This document shows positions 50,986-62,870 of a DNA stretch of 64,000 nt, in pieces. The DNA comes from Vicugna vicugna (taxonomy: Eukaryota): assembly GCA_013265495.1 (NCBI GenBank), contig MU058059.1, positions 2,393,502-2,457,501 of the forward strand. Direction: 5' to 3'. A program made the translations under genes and the position numbers. The notes under the pieces are model-generated. The model was not told the origin of the DNA, made no database searches, and saw nothing but the letters and a program-made list of their open reading frames with translations. Positions within the stretch are counted from its first letter, which is position 1. Each line of letters opens with the position of its first letter.

Positions 50986-52594
50986 GCCTCAGCTCCATGG
51001 GTCCAAATTTGCACCCAAATACAGTGCCTTTCAAAACATGTCGACAGAGTTGCCTTATGGTCACGTGTGTTTACCTCCTTTTTTCCGAGTTGGCCACCCC
51101 TTGCATCGCCAGACTGTGTGTCTCTGCCCCTGCCCATCCAGCCCGTGGGAGGAAACTGAAACCAGGGTGTCGAGGTTTTCACTCTCATCCCTATTAAATA
51201 AGTAGAATATTTCAGAGTAAGATTCGCCAGGCACCTCTGTGAGATTTTGTTTGTAGTCTGATGAAATAGTATGAAAAATACCTAATTGAGCTTAACCATG
51301 CAGGTTGTCATACTGCTGACAAATCTTACTTCTGCAATAAAAGGCAAAACCACCACATTTCACTTGGGAAAAAATACGCAGTGTACTGTCATCTAATGTC
51401 TCTGTTTTCATGAAGTTTTGAATTACAAGGAATTACTGAAAAGTAAAATGTGCTTTGGTTGGGGCCGGGGGGCTCCCACTTTATACAGTAAGGATAAACC
51501 CACTGTTTCTGAATGAGGTATTTGCATTTTCTTTTAAAACTGTGGCAATTTACTGAATGAAGGAGCACATTAACTTCTGGAAGTTAAATAGCTTTCACTG
51601 TAAATGTGGCAGATTTCCTTATAAATAAATGATCGCATATGTTTCAGCCTGGATGCTGGCTTAGGAATGTGAATGTTCTCAGTCCTTCCCCTCTCTGGTC
51701 CCGCCAGGGAGCATGCGGCTGATCCGACTTGAGCTGCCGAGATGGCACCGGTCTCATTAATATATATATGTTTTCATAGAATGTGTTGCACCCAGAATGA
51801 TTCTGACTTTCCCTCTTACCTGTGAAATGGATTTTCCTCCAGTGGCCAACAGCGGTGTTTTGCTCATTTCACCGTGGGTGGAATCCTTATGCCTATGATT
51901 GTCGACAAAAGTCTCATAGATTTCGGGGGAGTCCAGAGTGTTTCAAGTTATCAAGAAAGTTCTCTTTTCTCGGAGTGTTCTGGTGTGTGTTTTAATGATG
52001 TCCTCCCCATGCCTCCCTCTTGCACCACGTGCTCACTCCTGCCCTCACAACCTTTATTAAGCAAGGAGAATGAATCCTCGCTTTGCTTGCTTGAGTGTTT
52101 TAGATAAAAGTAGTATATAGTTGAACTATTCAAATCTCTGAAAAATATATCTGAGTCTAGCTCTGACTCCTGAGTAGGAGATGAGAGTAAGTGCTGACGG
52201 ATGCCTCCTCCTGGGCGTGACGGCGCCAACCACAAGGTGGTTTTTATGCTTTCAGTCTGTCTCAGTTTAAATGAAATGACTGGAATTGGGCTGTCTGTTC
52301 ATTTGTGTCTTTGTGGCTATGATATGTAGACTTTTGGGAAACACCTGAAAATAATGAGGTGGCAGTGAGACTCGTGGGGAGATAACTTGAAAGACAGACT
52401 AGCCACACTGCAGAAATCAGCAATGAGATGCATCTTTACCCAGCAGAGACGGAGCACAAGATACAGGAAGGGGAGTCAGAGCTGTCAGAAGAGACAGACT
52501 CGAGAGAAACTCACAGTGTAAACCTCGGAACTGTCTTTAGGGATTTGTGATGCAAACGATGCTACTTAACGTTAGTATTTATTTCAACAAGAAG

Positions 52595-52830
52595 AATCGC
52601 AGTAGTTGGCTGACGTTTATTGAGGGTTTACTGCATGCAGTAGGATGTACTTCCCTGAGGACTTCCACCTGTTTTGCTTACATCCTCACAGATACCTACG
52701 CTGTAGGTAGCACAGTCATCCCCATTGGACCAGTGATGAAATGGAGACTCACACTGAGTAACCTGTACAAGGTCTACCAGCCAAGATTTTATCCCAGGCG
52801 ATCAAATTCCAGACATGAGCAATTCGTGTA
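52595..52830 (-). mobile_element. MIR SINE
   Basis: GACGTTTATTGAGGGTTTACT...CATCCTCACA...GTAGGTAG...ATCCCCATT...GAGTAACCTGTACAAGGTC. Confidence 0.7.
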
Positions 52831-53214
52831 CCCCTCACATCATCTTGAATAAGAACTTGAATTATATGTGTATGTTTACAACAATTTTCTTCCAATGTAT
52901 ATTTTTAAATATATGTAATTTAGGGGATAATGAAATGGGAACTTAAGATACCGGCTTTGTTCTTGAGCTTTTAAATGACAGGGTAGGAATCCCGTTTCTA
53001 GCAGTGGCCAAATAGCTTATTTTAGACCATGCTTCATGTAGGACAACTAGACAGTCTGGAAGGGGTGAGGGAGCATCAGTTTGAAAGCACTGGGGTGCGC
53101 AAGACAGCAGGAATTTATGGGGCTAGTATTCCAGAGAAAAGGCAGCCGAAATGGTGAACCCAGCATTGGGTGCACATTTCCCCATCCAGCATTTGCTGAA
53201 TCAGAAAGTCATCA

Positions 53215-53452
53215 CTATCTCTGTGAGTCTTCTTCTATTTTGTAGGTAAGTTCATTTGTGTTCTTTTTTTAGGTTCCACATGTAAGTGATATCATGATAT
53301 TTTTCTCTTTCTGGCTTCCTTTCCTTGGAATGACAATCTCCAGGTCCATCCATGTTGCTGCAGATGGCAGACTCACAGACATAGAGCACAAACTTACGGT
53401 TACCACGGGCTAAAGGAGGTGGGAAGGGATAAATTGGGAATTTGGAAATGGC
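53215..53452. mobile_element. L1 3' fragment with inversion (antisense 53215-53368, sense 53369-53452)
   Basis: Antisense ...CCAGGTCCATCCATGTTGCTGCAGATGGC is joined directly to sense AGACTCACAGACATAGAGCACAAACTTACGGTTACC. Confidence 0.8.
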
Positions 53453-53454
53453 GC

Positions 53455-53605
53455 CTCTTGGGGAGGGATGGAAATGTTAGCTGTATTGATTGTGGTGGTG
53501 GTTTCATGGGCATGTACTTCTATCAAAATTCATCAGATTGTACGTTTGAAATATGTGTAATTTACTGTATAGGAGCCATTCCACAGTAACAGGGTTTTAA
53601 AACAA
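53455..53605 (+). mobile_element. Older L1M-type 3' end
   Basis: GATGGAAATGTTAG...TTGATTGTGGTGGTGGTTTCATGGG...TCAAAATTCATCAGATTGTAC. Confidence 0.75.
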
Positions 53606-54892
53606 AATGTCATCTGGGAGAATGAAAAGCGGTCTGGAGCTCGTGGGAGACACAGGAAGCTTTGGAATTTCTGTCCTGCTGAAGTGGAGAGGTTAGGACA
53701 TTGGAAAATACGGATACCAACTCCATCTCTGCCTAGCCTCCAAACTCAGCCCAAGGCATTCCTTTCCACAGTCCCTTTCAAAGGCGACTGATGTTTTCTG
53801 TCATCTCAGCTGTGTAGCTGAGGAAATGGAAGTTAGGGCTCGGTGTGCGGTAGGAGAGGAGAAAGCTGGGCTGCCTTCCCAGGGGTTGAAGCTTGTGCTG
53901 GGTGGGCCACACCTGGGAGCTTCAGGTAAAGTCCAGAGCTGGAGGCTGTTTGCTTTTGTGCCATTAATGGAAGTCTTACCAGAAGTAGCCAGATAACAGT
54001 GAAAGCACCCAAGAAGAGTGAGAAGCCCAGCCTCCTTCATTTGTTCATATTTCACCCAATGCATCAAAGAGTCTAAGCATCAAGAAAATCACATGGGGTT
54101 TCATGAGAGCGTCTCTGTTGATTAGAAGTGATGGAGACATGTATGTGCCTTTGGAAGGGAAATATAGAGCTTGTGGGGGAAAAGTATTCTTGAAAGAGCT
54201 TAAAATAATATTCTTTACCAAGTGGGTTCTCATTGCAACTACTGTTGTTCACCAAAAGATACAGCTTCAATCAAGGTAGGTTTTTTTCTAATCAGGTTGG
54301 TAGCTTTGAGCTTCAGTGAAAACTGATCTGTCAGCTGTCGGCCAGTGGGACTACGCTTCCAGTCTTGTTGTCTTTTCACTCAAAGCCCAGCTGCGGAGAG
54401 CAGGTGTTAGAGGGAGAGTGAGCCCTCAAGTCATCTTCATCTGTTGCACCTGGATGGCTGAACTGGCCACTGGTTGGGATGCATTTCAGGACGTCCTCCT
54501 GAAGTCCCACAAAACAGAAGTATTAGTCCTTGTGTATCAGAAGAGAATGAAAGAAAATAATTCCTCTAGCTAAAGGAAATGATGGATGTAGTTGCTTTTA
54601 AAGAAATGGCTGTCTACCATTTTCTCTTTGTTGTCTTTCTTCTTTTACAGTATGATCTCTGGGTTTTATTGCTGAAATATAGGAGAAATAAAAGTGTATT
54701 AGGAAAGAATTCTGTGAACTTCCAATTCTGGTCTCATACTTCTCTTTTCCTCTTTCGGCTAAAGTGGAAATAATGAGGATCTAGTATGTTACCCCTTTAT
54801 GCTTCTGCGAAGGTTCGTCTTAACTTTTGTCCAAAGAATCAAGTGAATTCTCTACGTAAACTCTTGACAGGTCTTGTCAAAAAAAAAAAAAA

Positions 54893-55426
54893 GTCCACCA
54901 ATAGATGAGTGGATAATGAAGTTGTGAGATACACACACACACACACACACACTGGAATACTTCTCAGCCATAAAAAAGAATGAAATAATGCTATTTGCAA
55001 CAACATGGTTGGACCTGGAGATTGTCATTCTAAGTGAAATCAGACAGAGAAAGACAAATATCATAGATATCACTTAATATGTGGAATCTAAAAAAAGATG
55101 CTAATTTTATTTACAAACCAGAAATAGACTCACAGACATAGAAAACAAACTATGGCTACTGAAGGGGAAAGGGTGGGAGAGGGATAAATCAGGAGTTTGG
55201 GATTAATAAGACACACACTACTGTATATAAAATAGATAAACAACAAGAACCTACTGCACAGCACAGGGAACTATATTCAATTTCTCATAATAACATATAA
55301 TGGAAAAGAATCTGAAAAGAACATATATATAAGTATGTGTGTATATATAACTGAATCACTTTGCTGTACAGTTGAAACTAACATTGTGAATCAACTACAC
55401 TTCAGTAAAAAATAAAATTAAAAAAA
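54893..55426 (+). mobile_element. L1 ORF2 end plus complete 3' UTR with A-rich tail; internal (AC)11
   Basis: CTCAGCCATAAAAAAGAATGAAATAATGC...GACTCACAGACATAGAAAACAAAC...GCACAGGGAACTATATTCAA...CAACTACACTTCAGTAAAAAA. Confidence 0.93.
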
Positions 55427-56289
55427 TTGACTGTGAAAAATGTAACGGAGTCTAATTTCATTTTACCTGGAAGTCCATTTTACGTGAAGCTCCATTAAAG
55501 ATTGAAAACTTGCAGCATAAGCTACTGTCAACTCCTTGAAAATGTAGGTTCCAGAACAGAAATATCCATTGGCTGGCTTCTTAACCTAAAATACTATTTA
55601 GAGATGGATCTAATGTCTGGGAGTGTACACATGAGATTGTTAGCATTTGGTCACCTCAGAGTCATGGAATTAAAGGTTTGAGAGAGTAGGTGACTTTTCA
55701 TTTTTTTTTTACTTTTTAAGCTTTCGAAATGTTAGATTTTTTTTTACGCTGATGTGTTATTTCTGGGAAGGGATTTTTAATGATCTACAAGTTTCCTTTG
55801 TAAACATTATAAGGAGTAATGGAAGAGAAACTTCACTTCTTACTGCTTCAAGCAGCAGACCAGAGTTTTGGTCTTTGTTTGATAGATTTATTTGCAAGCA
55901 GATGATTGTCAGTAGTTAAGTATTTGTGCAATAATTTTGGAGGTGAGCTATCAATAGACCCTACCTTCAGGTGCGAGCCTGCCCACCAACCCCTTTAGGT
56001 GGGAGAGCATTTCATGTTGAAAATTTCCAGGGGAGAATTTACAGTTTTATTTGCTAGGAGGATGTTCTTGAGTGTGTACTTCTTTTACGTGACTCCTGCT
56101 ACAGTGTAGGCCATTCTCTTCCTTCCCCTTCCCCAGCAGGGAAGGGGAAGAGCTGTTACCAGCCTCTGAGTGCACAGCCTCTTAAGTTGTATGAAAGCTG
56201 TGCACTAGGGTCTTCACCTAAAGTTCAGCTACGCTGCCTTTTCTCTCTGAAATTTCTATCTCATTGCAATGAAAAGATAAGCTTAGGGA

Positions 56290-57120
56290 GTGATGTCACC
56301 AAGATGGTGACCTAGATCCTTCCCAACTCTGCTCCCCTCACAAGAACAACTAATGACCATTCAAGACCAGGGCAATAATGGCTGAAAACTCCCTTAATGT
56401 GGAGAGAGAAATGGACATCCAGACCCATGGGGCCCAAAGGATCCCAAGGAGCTTGAACCCAAGCAGGACCACACTGAGACACACTGTAATTAACTTGCCA
56501 GAAGTCATGGTTTATTCGAAGTACTGAAAGGAAATTACTATCAACCAAGAATTCTGTACTTGGGGAACCCCTTCCTTCAGGAATGAAAGGGGGATAAAGA
56601 CCTTCACCAACAAACAGAAGCTGAGGGAGTTCATCACCACCAGACCTGCCCTAGGAGGAAACGCTCAGGGAAGTTCTTTGAAAGTAAACGAATCCTAATT
56701 AACATGATAAAAACATGGAAAGGGTGTCAGTCTCATTGGTAAGGTAAATACATAGTCCTGGATTCTGCAATGTGTTGAGCAATGCATACTTCACTCACAG
56801 CCCTAGTTTAAAAGTTAAAAAAAGAACAATTTAAAATAACCATAGCGACAGTAACATGTTATCAGTTATGCAATATACAAAGTGTGTAAATCGTGACAGT
56901 AATAACCTGACGTGATGAAGTGGAGGAGGGAAAGTGTAAAGTTGATTGAAGTTGAGTTGTTACCAGTTTCAAGTGGGGTTTTATAAATTTGAGATGTTTT
57001 ACTTAAGACTTGTGGTAACCACCAGGGCAAATCCTGTAGTAATTACACGAAAGAACGTGATAGATAAATTGAAGCATATTGATACCCAAAGACATCAAAA
57101 CACACACCAGAAAAGACAGC
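56290..57120 (+). mobile_element. Internally deleted L1 5' part: 5' UTR start, ORF1 remnants and inter-ORF region
   Basis: CAAGATGG (YY1-like) start. Translated pieces IMAENSLNVEREMDIQTHGAQRIPRSLNPSRTTLRH, FEVLKGNYYQPRILY and SFRNERGIKTFTNKQKLREFITTRPAL match the L1 ORF1p RRM/CTD. Confidence 0.88.
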
Positions 57121-58169
57121 ACCTGCTGTACACGACTTGGGAAATCCAACTGCTGAATCATAGGACGCACTAGCCTGTCCAAAAGGGACTCCCTGCTCAG
57201 CCTGTTTTTTATTCCCTGAAGGATGAGTCTGCACTCTCCAAAGCCCAGGTCTGTATCTTCTTTAGCTTTGAATCCCAGCTGCTACCTCACCATCTTGACC
57301 ATCAGTAAATGTGTTCTGAGGGACCGAGTGGACACTTTCTCAGCCTCTCTTGCCTTCCACGCAAGTTTATTCTTTTTTTTTTTTAAACTGAAGGTTTGCA
57401 GTTCTGTAAATCCCTTAAAAAAAGTATGCTTTGTGCTTTTAAGTTTCTGCTTCTAAAGTAAACAGAATAATGATGAAAATGAAATGCAGTCAGTATTTAT
57501 AGTGCTATGAAAACTAAGTGAGGCTACAGTTACTCACTGAGGATTTTCACATCTTTAATATTTGAATGCAATCTGGCTTATAGCAGCACAGCTTTGCAAG
57601 TGACAGTGTAATATTTTAAAATATTTATACTTGTACCTAGGAAGCATTTTCGGCAGCTTATTTTGGGTACATTGAAATGAGCCTAAAAAGTCTACAAAAT
57701 ATACCCCAAACAAGCCTAAAAACGGCCACACTTTGAAGGCTTCTGTTAAACTAACTCCTGTGTTGAGGTGGGGATGGATTCTCCTTCTGTTTTGGTGAGG
57801 CCAGAACACAGCTGAGCGTAAGGACCTCGATCCTCTGGTGGTCAGAGAACCTACACCAGAAGGTCTCTGCCTTTTACTTACAACTCTGCACACCCTTCTC
57901 CCCTGGAGATCCCAGATGGAGAGTATTTGGTATTGGGGTGACAGGAAGAGACAGAGAGAGAGAGACACACACAGAAAGAGACTGAGGCTGAGAGGGACAG
58001 AAAACCCCACCTTTTCAGGAAGCCGAAATCCTAGTGGAGACAGCAGTACCCACCAGAAAAAGAAAAAAAAGTAGACAGGAATATGTAGGTTATATTTTTG
58101 ACTGAATACTGGGGAAAAAACCTCTTCTAGATTTTTGTCTTATCTAGGTGGCTGGAAATCTATGTTTTT

Positions 58170-58285
58170 GTAAAAAAAAAATTTATTGCATTATAGTCAG
58201 TTACAATGTGTCAATTTCTGGTGTACAGCATAATGTCCCAGTGATGGATGGATGGATGTATGTATTCATTTTCCTGTTTTTTTTA
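58170..58285 (-). mobile_element. Short L1 3' terminal fragment
   Basis: TATAGTCAGTTACAATGTGTCAATTTCTGGTGTACAGCATAATG. Confidence 0.8.
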
Positions 58286-58344
58286 AAACGCCAGTGGTCT
58301 TAGGGGAAGGAGAACCATAGAAAGGTTTGAATGTCTAGAACTCT

Positions 58345-58955
58345 GTGAGTTCCTCATTGTTTTTGTGCCCTGACGCCCTTGGCAGCCTGGTGGATCCTGC
58401 GGACCCCTTTTCAGAATGGTGTTTCCAAATACATGAAATAAAATCCACCAGATTGAAATGGAACCAATTAAATTGAAATGGAGGAATGCAAATCTTAAAG
58501 CACAGGGAACTATATTCACTATCTTGTAGTAACCGATAATGAAAAATATGAAAAGGAGTGTATGTATGTCTATGTGTGACTGAAACATTATGCTGTACAC
58601 CAGAAATTGACACAACATTGTATATTGACTATACTTCAATAAATTTAAAAATGTTTTAAATAAATAAATAGATAACATAATAGTGGCAATGTCTTTCTGT
58701 GTCATTGCTCTAATAATGAACACATGATTGGCCTCTGGTCATTTCAAAGTAGTTGACACAGCAGGTAAGGTGATAGGGAAGTCTGTGTGATTTTCTGTCT
58801 GATGATGACCGATACGACAGTGGTTTGTTACAGTACTGAGGGCAATGCTGCTTTCAGTTAGAAGTTAGATGGTGTTGAAAACTAAGGGGATATTTGATTC
58901 TCATCCAATTTCATGGACCCCTCTGAATGTTATCCAGGGCTCCTCCTAGGGGTTT
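58345..58955. mobile_element. Charlie4a-like hAT element interrupted by an L1 3' UTR
   Basis: TTTTTGTGCC...TTGGCAGCCTGGTG...GGACCCCTTTTCAGAAT on the left; TTTCAGTTAGAAGTTAG...CATCCAATTTCATGGACCCC on the right. Confidence 0.65.
58498..58650 (+). mobile_element. L1 3' UTR terminal fragment nested in the Charlie element
   Basis: GCACAGGGAACTATATTC...GCTGTACACCAGAAATTGACACAACATTG...CTATACTTCAATAAA. Confidence 0.88.
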
Positions 58956-60419
58956 TCCTAATTTATAAAATTAGAAAAACTAGAAAATTAGAAAAATTTA
59001 AGCCAATAAGCCCGGAGGTGCAGGGGAAGAGAAGGAAGATGTGATGAGAAAGGGGGAAGGTGAACTTGCTAAGACCACTCATTGGGTCCCTGTGACACCA
59101 AGCAGTCCAAGTGCAGTTACTCAGAAATGTGACTGTGTCTGAATGATGTCACCTTCACCTGAGTCCAAGGGGAAACAGTCCCTCCTTCACTAATACAGAG
59201 TCATGATTTCCCCGGGGCAGGTGGGGGAAATTGCCGGGAAATGAAGGAGGTGGGCCTGTGACCTCTCTAAGTGGGTCAGGTTATCAGAAGTCTCCGGAGA
59301 AACGTTGACAAGAAAAGTGGGACATGCGCGCGCCTCATTTCTGTGGAAACTGTGCAGCCTCCCGCGGTCATACTTAGCTTCCTTCTGTTAGGTTTAGAAT
59401 GGGGGAAGTTTGGCAGCAGCATTAGTCATCAGAATTCCACCACCCTTTTACTCAAGTGCTTTCTTCCTTTTTTAACTATAAAAATGTCATAGCAACTATG
59501 GGTTTGACTTATTTGATCTGGGGTTTGGTGGTTTCATGTGGGCAGATGAACGAAGAGGCTGCAAGGTTTTTAGATCGTAAGCGTCCCTGGGTAAGACATT
59601 ATCTTTTCTTCCTGAAGTGGCCAGTAAGCGGCAAACAGTAAACTGATGGCTTCTTGGTGATTCCTCCGAGCACGTTCCAATGTGAGTGTTTATTAGATGC
59701 TTTCTGTGGTTTAAGTGCAGCGGACATTTTGGTTATTGTCGTCACTGGTAAGGTTCCATGGTTCTGGACCTAGAATCTCTTTTAGTTCAAATCACAATTA
59801 CCTAGTAGAAATTACTTCTGTCTCTTGAGTGACTTATGCCACAATTATTTACCTTCTTCTCTACTGATGGTGTGTGTGCAGGGACACACACATCAGTAGG
59901 ACTTCAGATTGTTCATATCCCAATATCCAGACCCAGATTCGTTCAGGACTGTATGATAATTTTGTGACTAGCTAGGCCTGGAACAGAGTACTGTGGGTTT
60001 CAGCCAGTTTTGCTTTCAGTGCCACCACCCTGCCCAATTATTTCTGCTGGGGGAACATGACATTTAAAGGACAACAGGCAGAAGCTGAGGCTGGGCTGGG
60101 AGAGTGGAGGACCAGACAAAAGGTGGTTCTTGTCTGTCGGTTCATTCACCTCAAGCAAAAATATTATTTCTGTCTGTACAAAATACAAATGTATGTTCTG
60201 GCCTTGAGCTGAGTTTTGAAGGAAAAGTAAGGCTCTACTTCATGGAGAGCAGGAGGGATGTTCCAGAAGGAGATGGGCAAAGTCCTGTAGGCACGTGTGA
60301 GCAGGACACCTGGGGGAGACGGCAGTTCGGCACTGCCGAGTTGTCACAGGGGAAGAGTGAGTGGCTGGGCGAAGAGCAACGAGGAAGGGAGGGCTGGCTG
60401 TGTGCCTTCCAGCGGTCGC

Positions 60420-61195
60420 TCTGACACCGCCGGGTGTCTGCAATCAGCTCAGACCTGGCTCTGACCACCCAGAGTTAGCACGGAGCCCACAAATTAAGGG
60501 TGAGGTGCTTTGATTCTGACACCATCTTCAGGTAGCATCAGGTCCCATTAGTTAAAGGACAAGCCCCGCCCCCTGCCCCCAGAAGACTGCCTTAACTCAG
60601 ATGCCAGCTGCAGGTAGGGTCCCCAGGCTACTCAATTTGTGTCCAGCATGGCTGCAAATGTGAGCTTTCCCATGACCCTCCTTCACGACAGTGACTCACA
60701 GAACCTAGAAAAGCACTGTAGTTAGATCACAGTTTTATTATAAAGGACATGGCTTGTGAACAGCCCCGATGGTAGAGGTACTCGGGCAAGGTGTGGGGAC
60801 ACACAGGGCTCCCACGCCCTCTCCCTGAAGGCCCCAGCATGCCACCCTCCCGGCACATCGTAACTTCGGTGTCCAGACTTTTTACTGAGGTTCCGTCACT
60901 GAGGCACGACTGATTCAGCCATTGGCTGTGGGACTGAACTGAGTCTCAGGTCCTTCTGCCTTCCCTGGAGGTACGTAGGGGTTGGAGCAGGGGGCTGAAA
61001 ATTCTAACCCTCGAATTAGGCAGTTGGTGTTTCTGTGAACAGCCCCTATCCTGAAGCTGTCTTGGAGTCCGTCCCTGAGTCAGTTCAGTAGGATCACAAA
61101 GACACTCGTGTCACTCAGCAAATCCCGAAGGTTTTTGTAGCTCTGTGCCAGGAACCCAGGACAGAGCCAGGTGTGCTATTTTTATTATACCATGT
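60420..61195 (-). mobile_element. MER21-family LTR
   Basis: CAGATGCCAG...GTCCCCAGGCTAC, TTTTATTATAAAGGA, GGGCTGAAAATTCTAACCCTC and CAAAGACACTC...GCTCTGTGCCAGGAACC...TTATTATACCA. Confidence 0.82.
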
Positions 61196-61681
61196 GATGA
61201 ATGGCAGGGGTCATTCTGTAACACTCTAGCTGCTCGGTGTGAAGATGGGTTATGCCTTTACCAAAAAAAAATGAACATTTTATATGTTAGTAGGTAACAG
61301 CTTACTCCAAAACTTACCAAGCTTTCAAAAAGCAATAAAATCAGGGCTTTTGACAAAACCTTTGTAGTTACAGATTTTGATGGAAAAAGCAAATGGTATC
61401 TCTCACCATTCTTCTTTAATGGAACTGATACGTGCTCTACACCCAGTTTAAGATTGGATTTGTGATTTTGTCTCCTTGAAGGACAAAGCATTCCCCCCAG
61501 GCATTCTTTAGCTCGCAGGCAGAAAGGAAGGTGCTTCATGTCAGGAGTTTCGCCCCTGTGCCTGGGGCTCCCTTTTGAATGCTAGGGTTTGGTGACCCCT
61601 GTCTTCTGGCATCAGTCATGGGACATTCATGGGGCGTCTCTCTAGGACCAGATGATTCAAGGCAATGTAGACGGGTGAGAA

Positions 61682-62195
61682 TGTTACCAAGTCCAAACTC
61701 GTTCTGCTCGCCCCACGACAGGCCAGTAAATCAGGAGATTAGATATTGGGGCAAGGAGTAACAATTTTATTCAGAAAGCCAGCAGACTGAGAAGACGGCG
61801 GGCTAATGTCCCAAATAACCATCTTCCCCAAGTCAGAATTCAGACTCCTTTTATATGAAAAGGGGTAAAAGGGGGTGTTGCCAACTTCTTGGTGTCAGAA
61901 TCTTCTGTTCTTACAGCTGTCCACGTAGGTCAGGTGATGATGTTCCTGTAAACCTCCAATGAGACAAATGTTATCCTCTGTTCTGCAACTTTGTATCTCT
62001 ATATAAATGGGAAAGTGTTAATTCCTTTAAAGGTCAGAGCCTTGAGAAGGGGCTCTCCTGTATATTCCAGGCTCCAGGGAACATTCTTTTAGAAAAGGTG
62101 CAGAACCAGCGTCTCTAAGCACCAGAAACGGAGCACAGGTTTAGAGCCAAAGGAACAGATCTAATATAGAGTCAGGTTTGTTCTTCCCTATGAGA
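61682..62195 (-). mobile_element. ERV1-class solo LTR (cetartiodactyl type) with 4-bp TSD
   Basis: Starts TGTTACC (the ...GGTAACA end on -). Minus-strand AATAAA at ~61766-61771 and TATAAAAG at ~61847-61854. Flanked by AGAA at 61678-61681 and 62196-62199. Confidence 0.8.
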
Positions 62196-62339
62196 AGAAT
62201 GACTTTTTATGAGAGCCTGTTCCTAGAGTTTTCCAAAGTATGTGGGACTAGTTAATGCTTCACGTTCTTTTCAGTAAGTTAGTGTTCAGTAGAGGGTTCT
62301 CTGGAAACCTGTGAAGTTGCTTGCTGCAGGGAGGCCAGA

Positions 62340-62870
62340 AATGAAGCGACTGGCGAGCAGTAGGGGGACCTGCGGGGCTTTGAGTGATCGCCCACGTGGT
62401 GTCTGACCGTGTGTGGTTGTTCTGGAAGCTTCTAATTGGAAGGCCGCGCTTCAGGAATATCCTGAAAGCTGAGGGTCCAGGGTCTTCCTGCGCGAGAGGC
62501 TGGGCAGGCCAGTCTGTGGCACTTGGTCAGGGAAGCTTGTGGTTCTGTAGTGAAAGGGAAACGAGCGCTGAAACCACAGCACCGACACCGCTCCGTCCTG
62601 GGCAGATGGCGTTGTTCTGGAGAGCCGCATGTTCAAGATGGGTCACGGGTGACCCTGCCAGTACCAGCAACCACTTTCACCGCTTTTAGGTGAACATCGT
62701 TCTGAGCTCTGTCAGGAGCCCGCTGCCTTGCTGGCGTACGCTGACGGGTTAGAAGCGCAGGTGGTCACTAAGAGCAGAAAGGGTTTCCCGCAGACCTGCT
62801 GCAGCGGAGTGGGTGCCACGCCCGGGACGGCCCCGGGCTGCGGCGCTGAGACTCTTTGTCTCGAGTGTCT
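62340..62870. promoter_or_regulatory. CpG/GC-rich patch (weak CpG-island-like segment)
   Basis: Visibly high CpG density (GGCCGCGC, GCGCGAG, CACGCCCGGGACGGCCCCGGGCTGCGGCGC) relative to the flanks. Confidence 0.4.

Noticed and set aside
50711..51205. 164-aa ORF (MEQVTCPNPSK...)
   Set aside because: It overlaps an MLT1-type LTR, uses a non-ATG start, has no recognisable domain and has no flanking splice signals.
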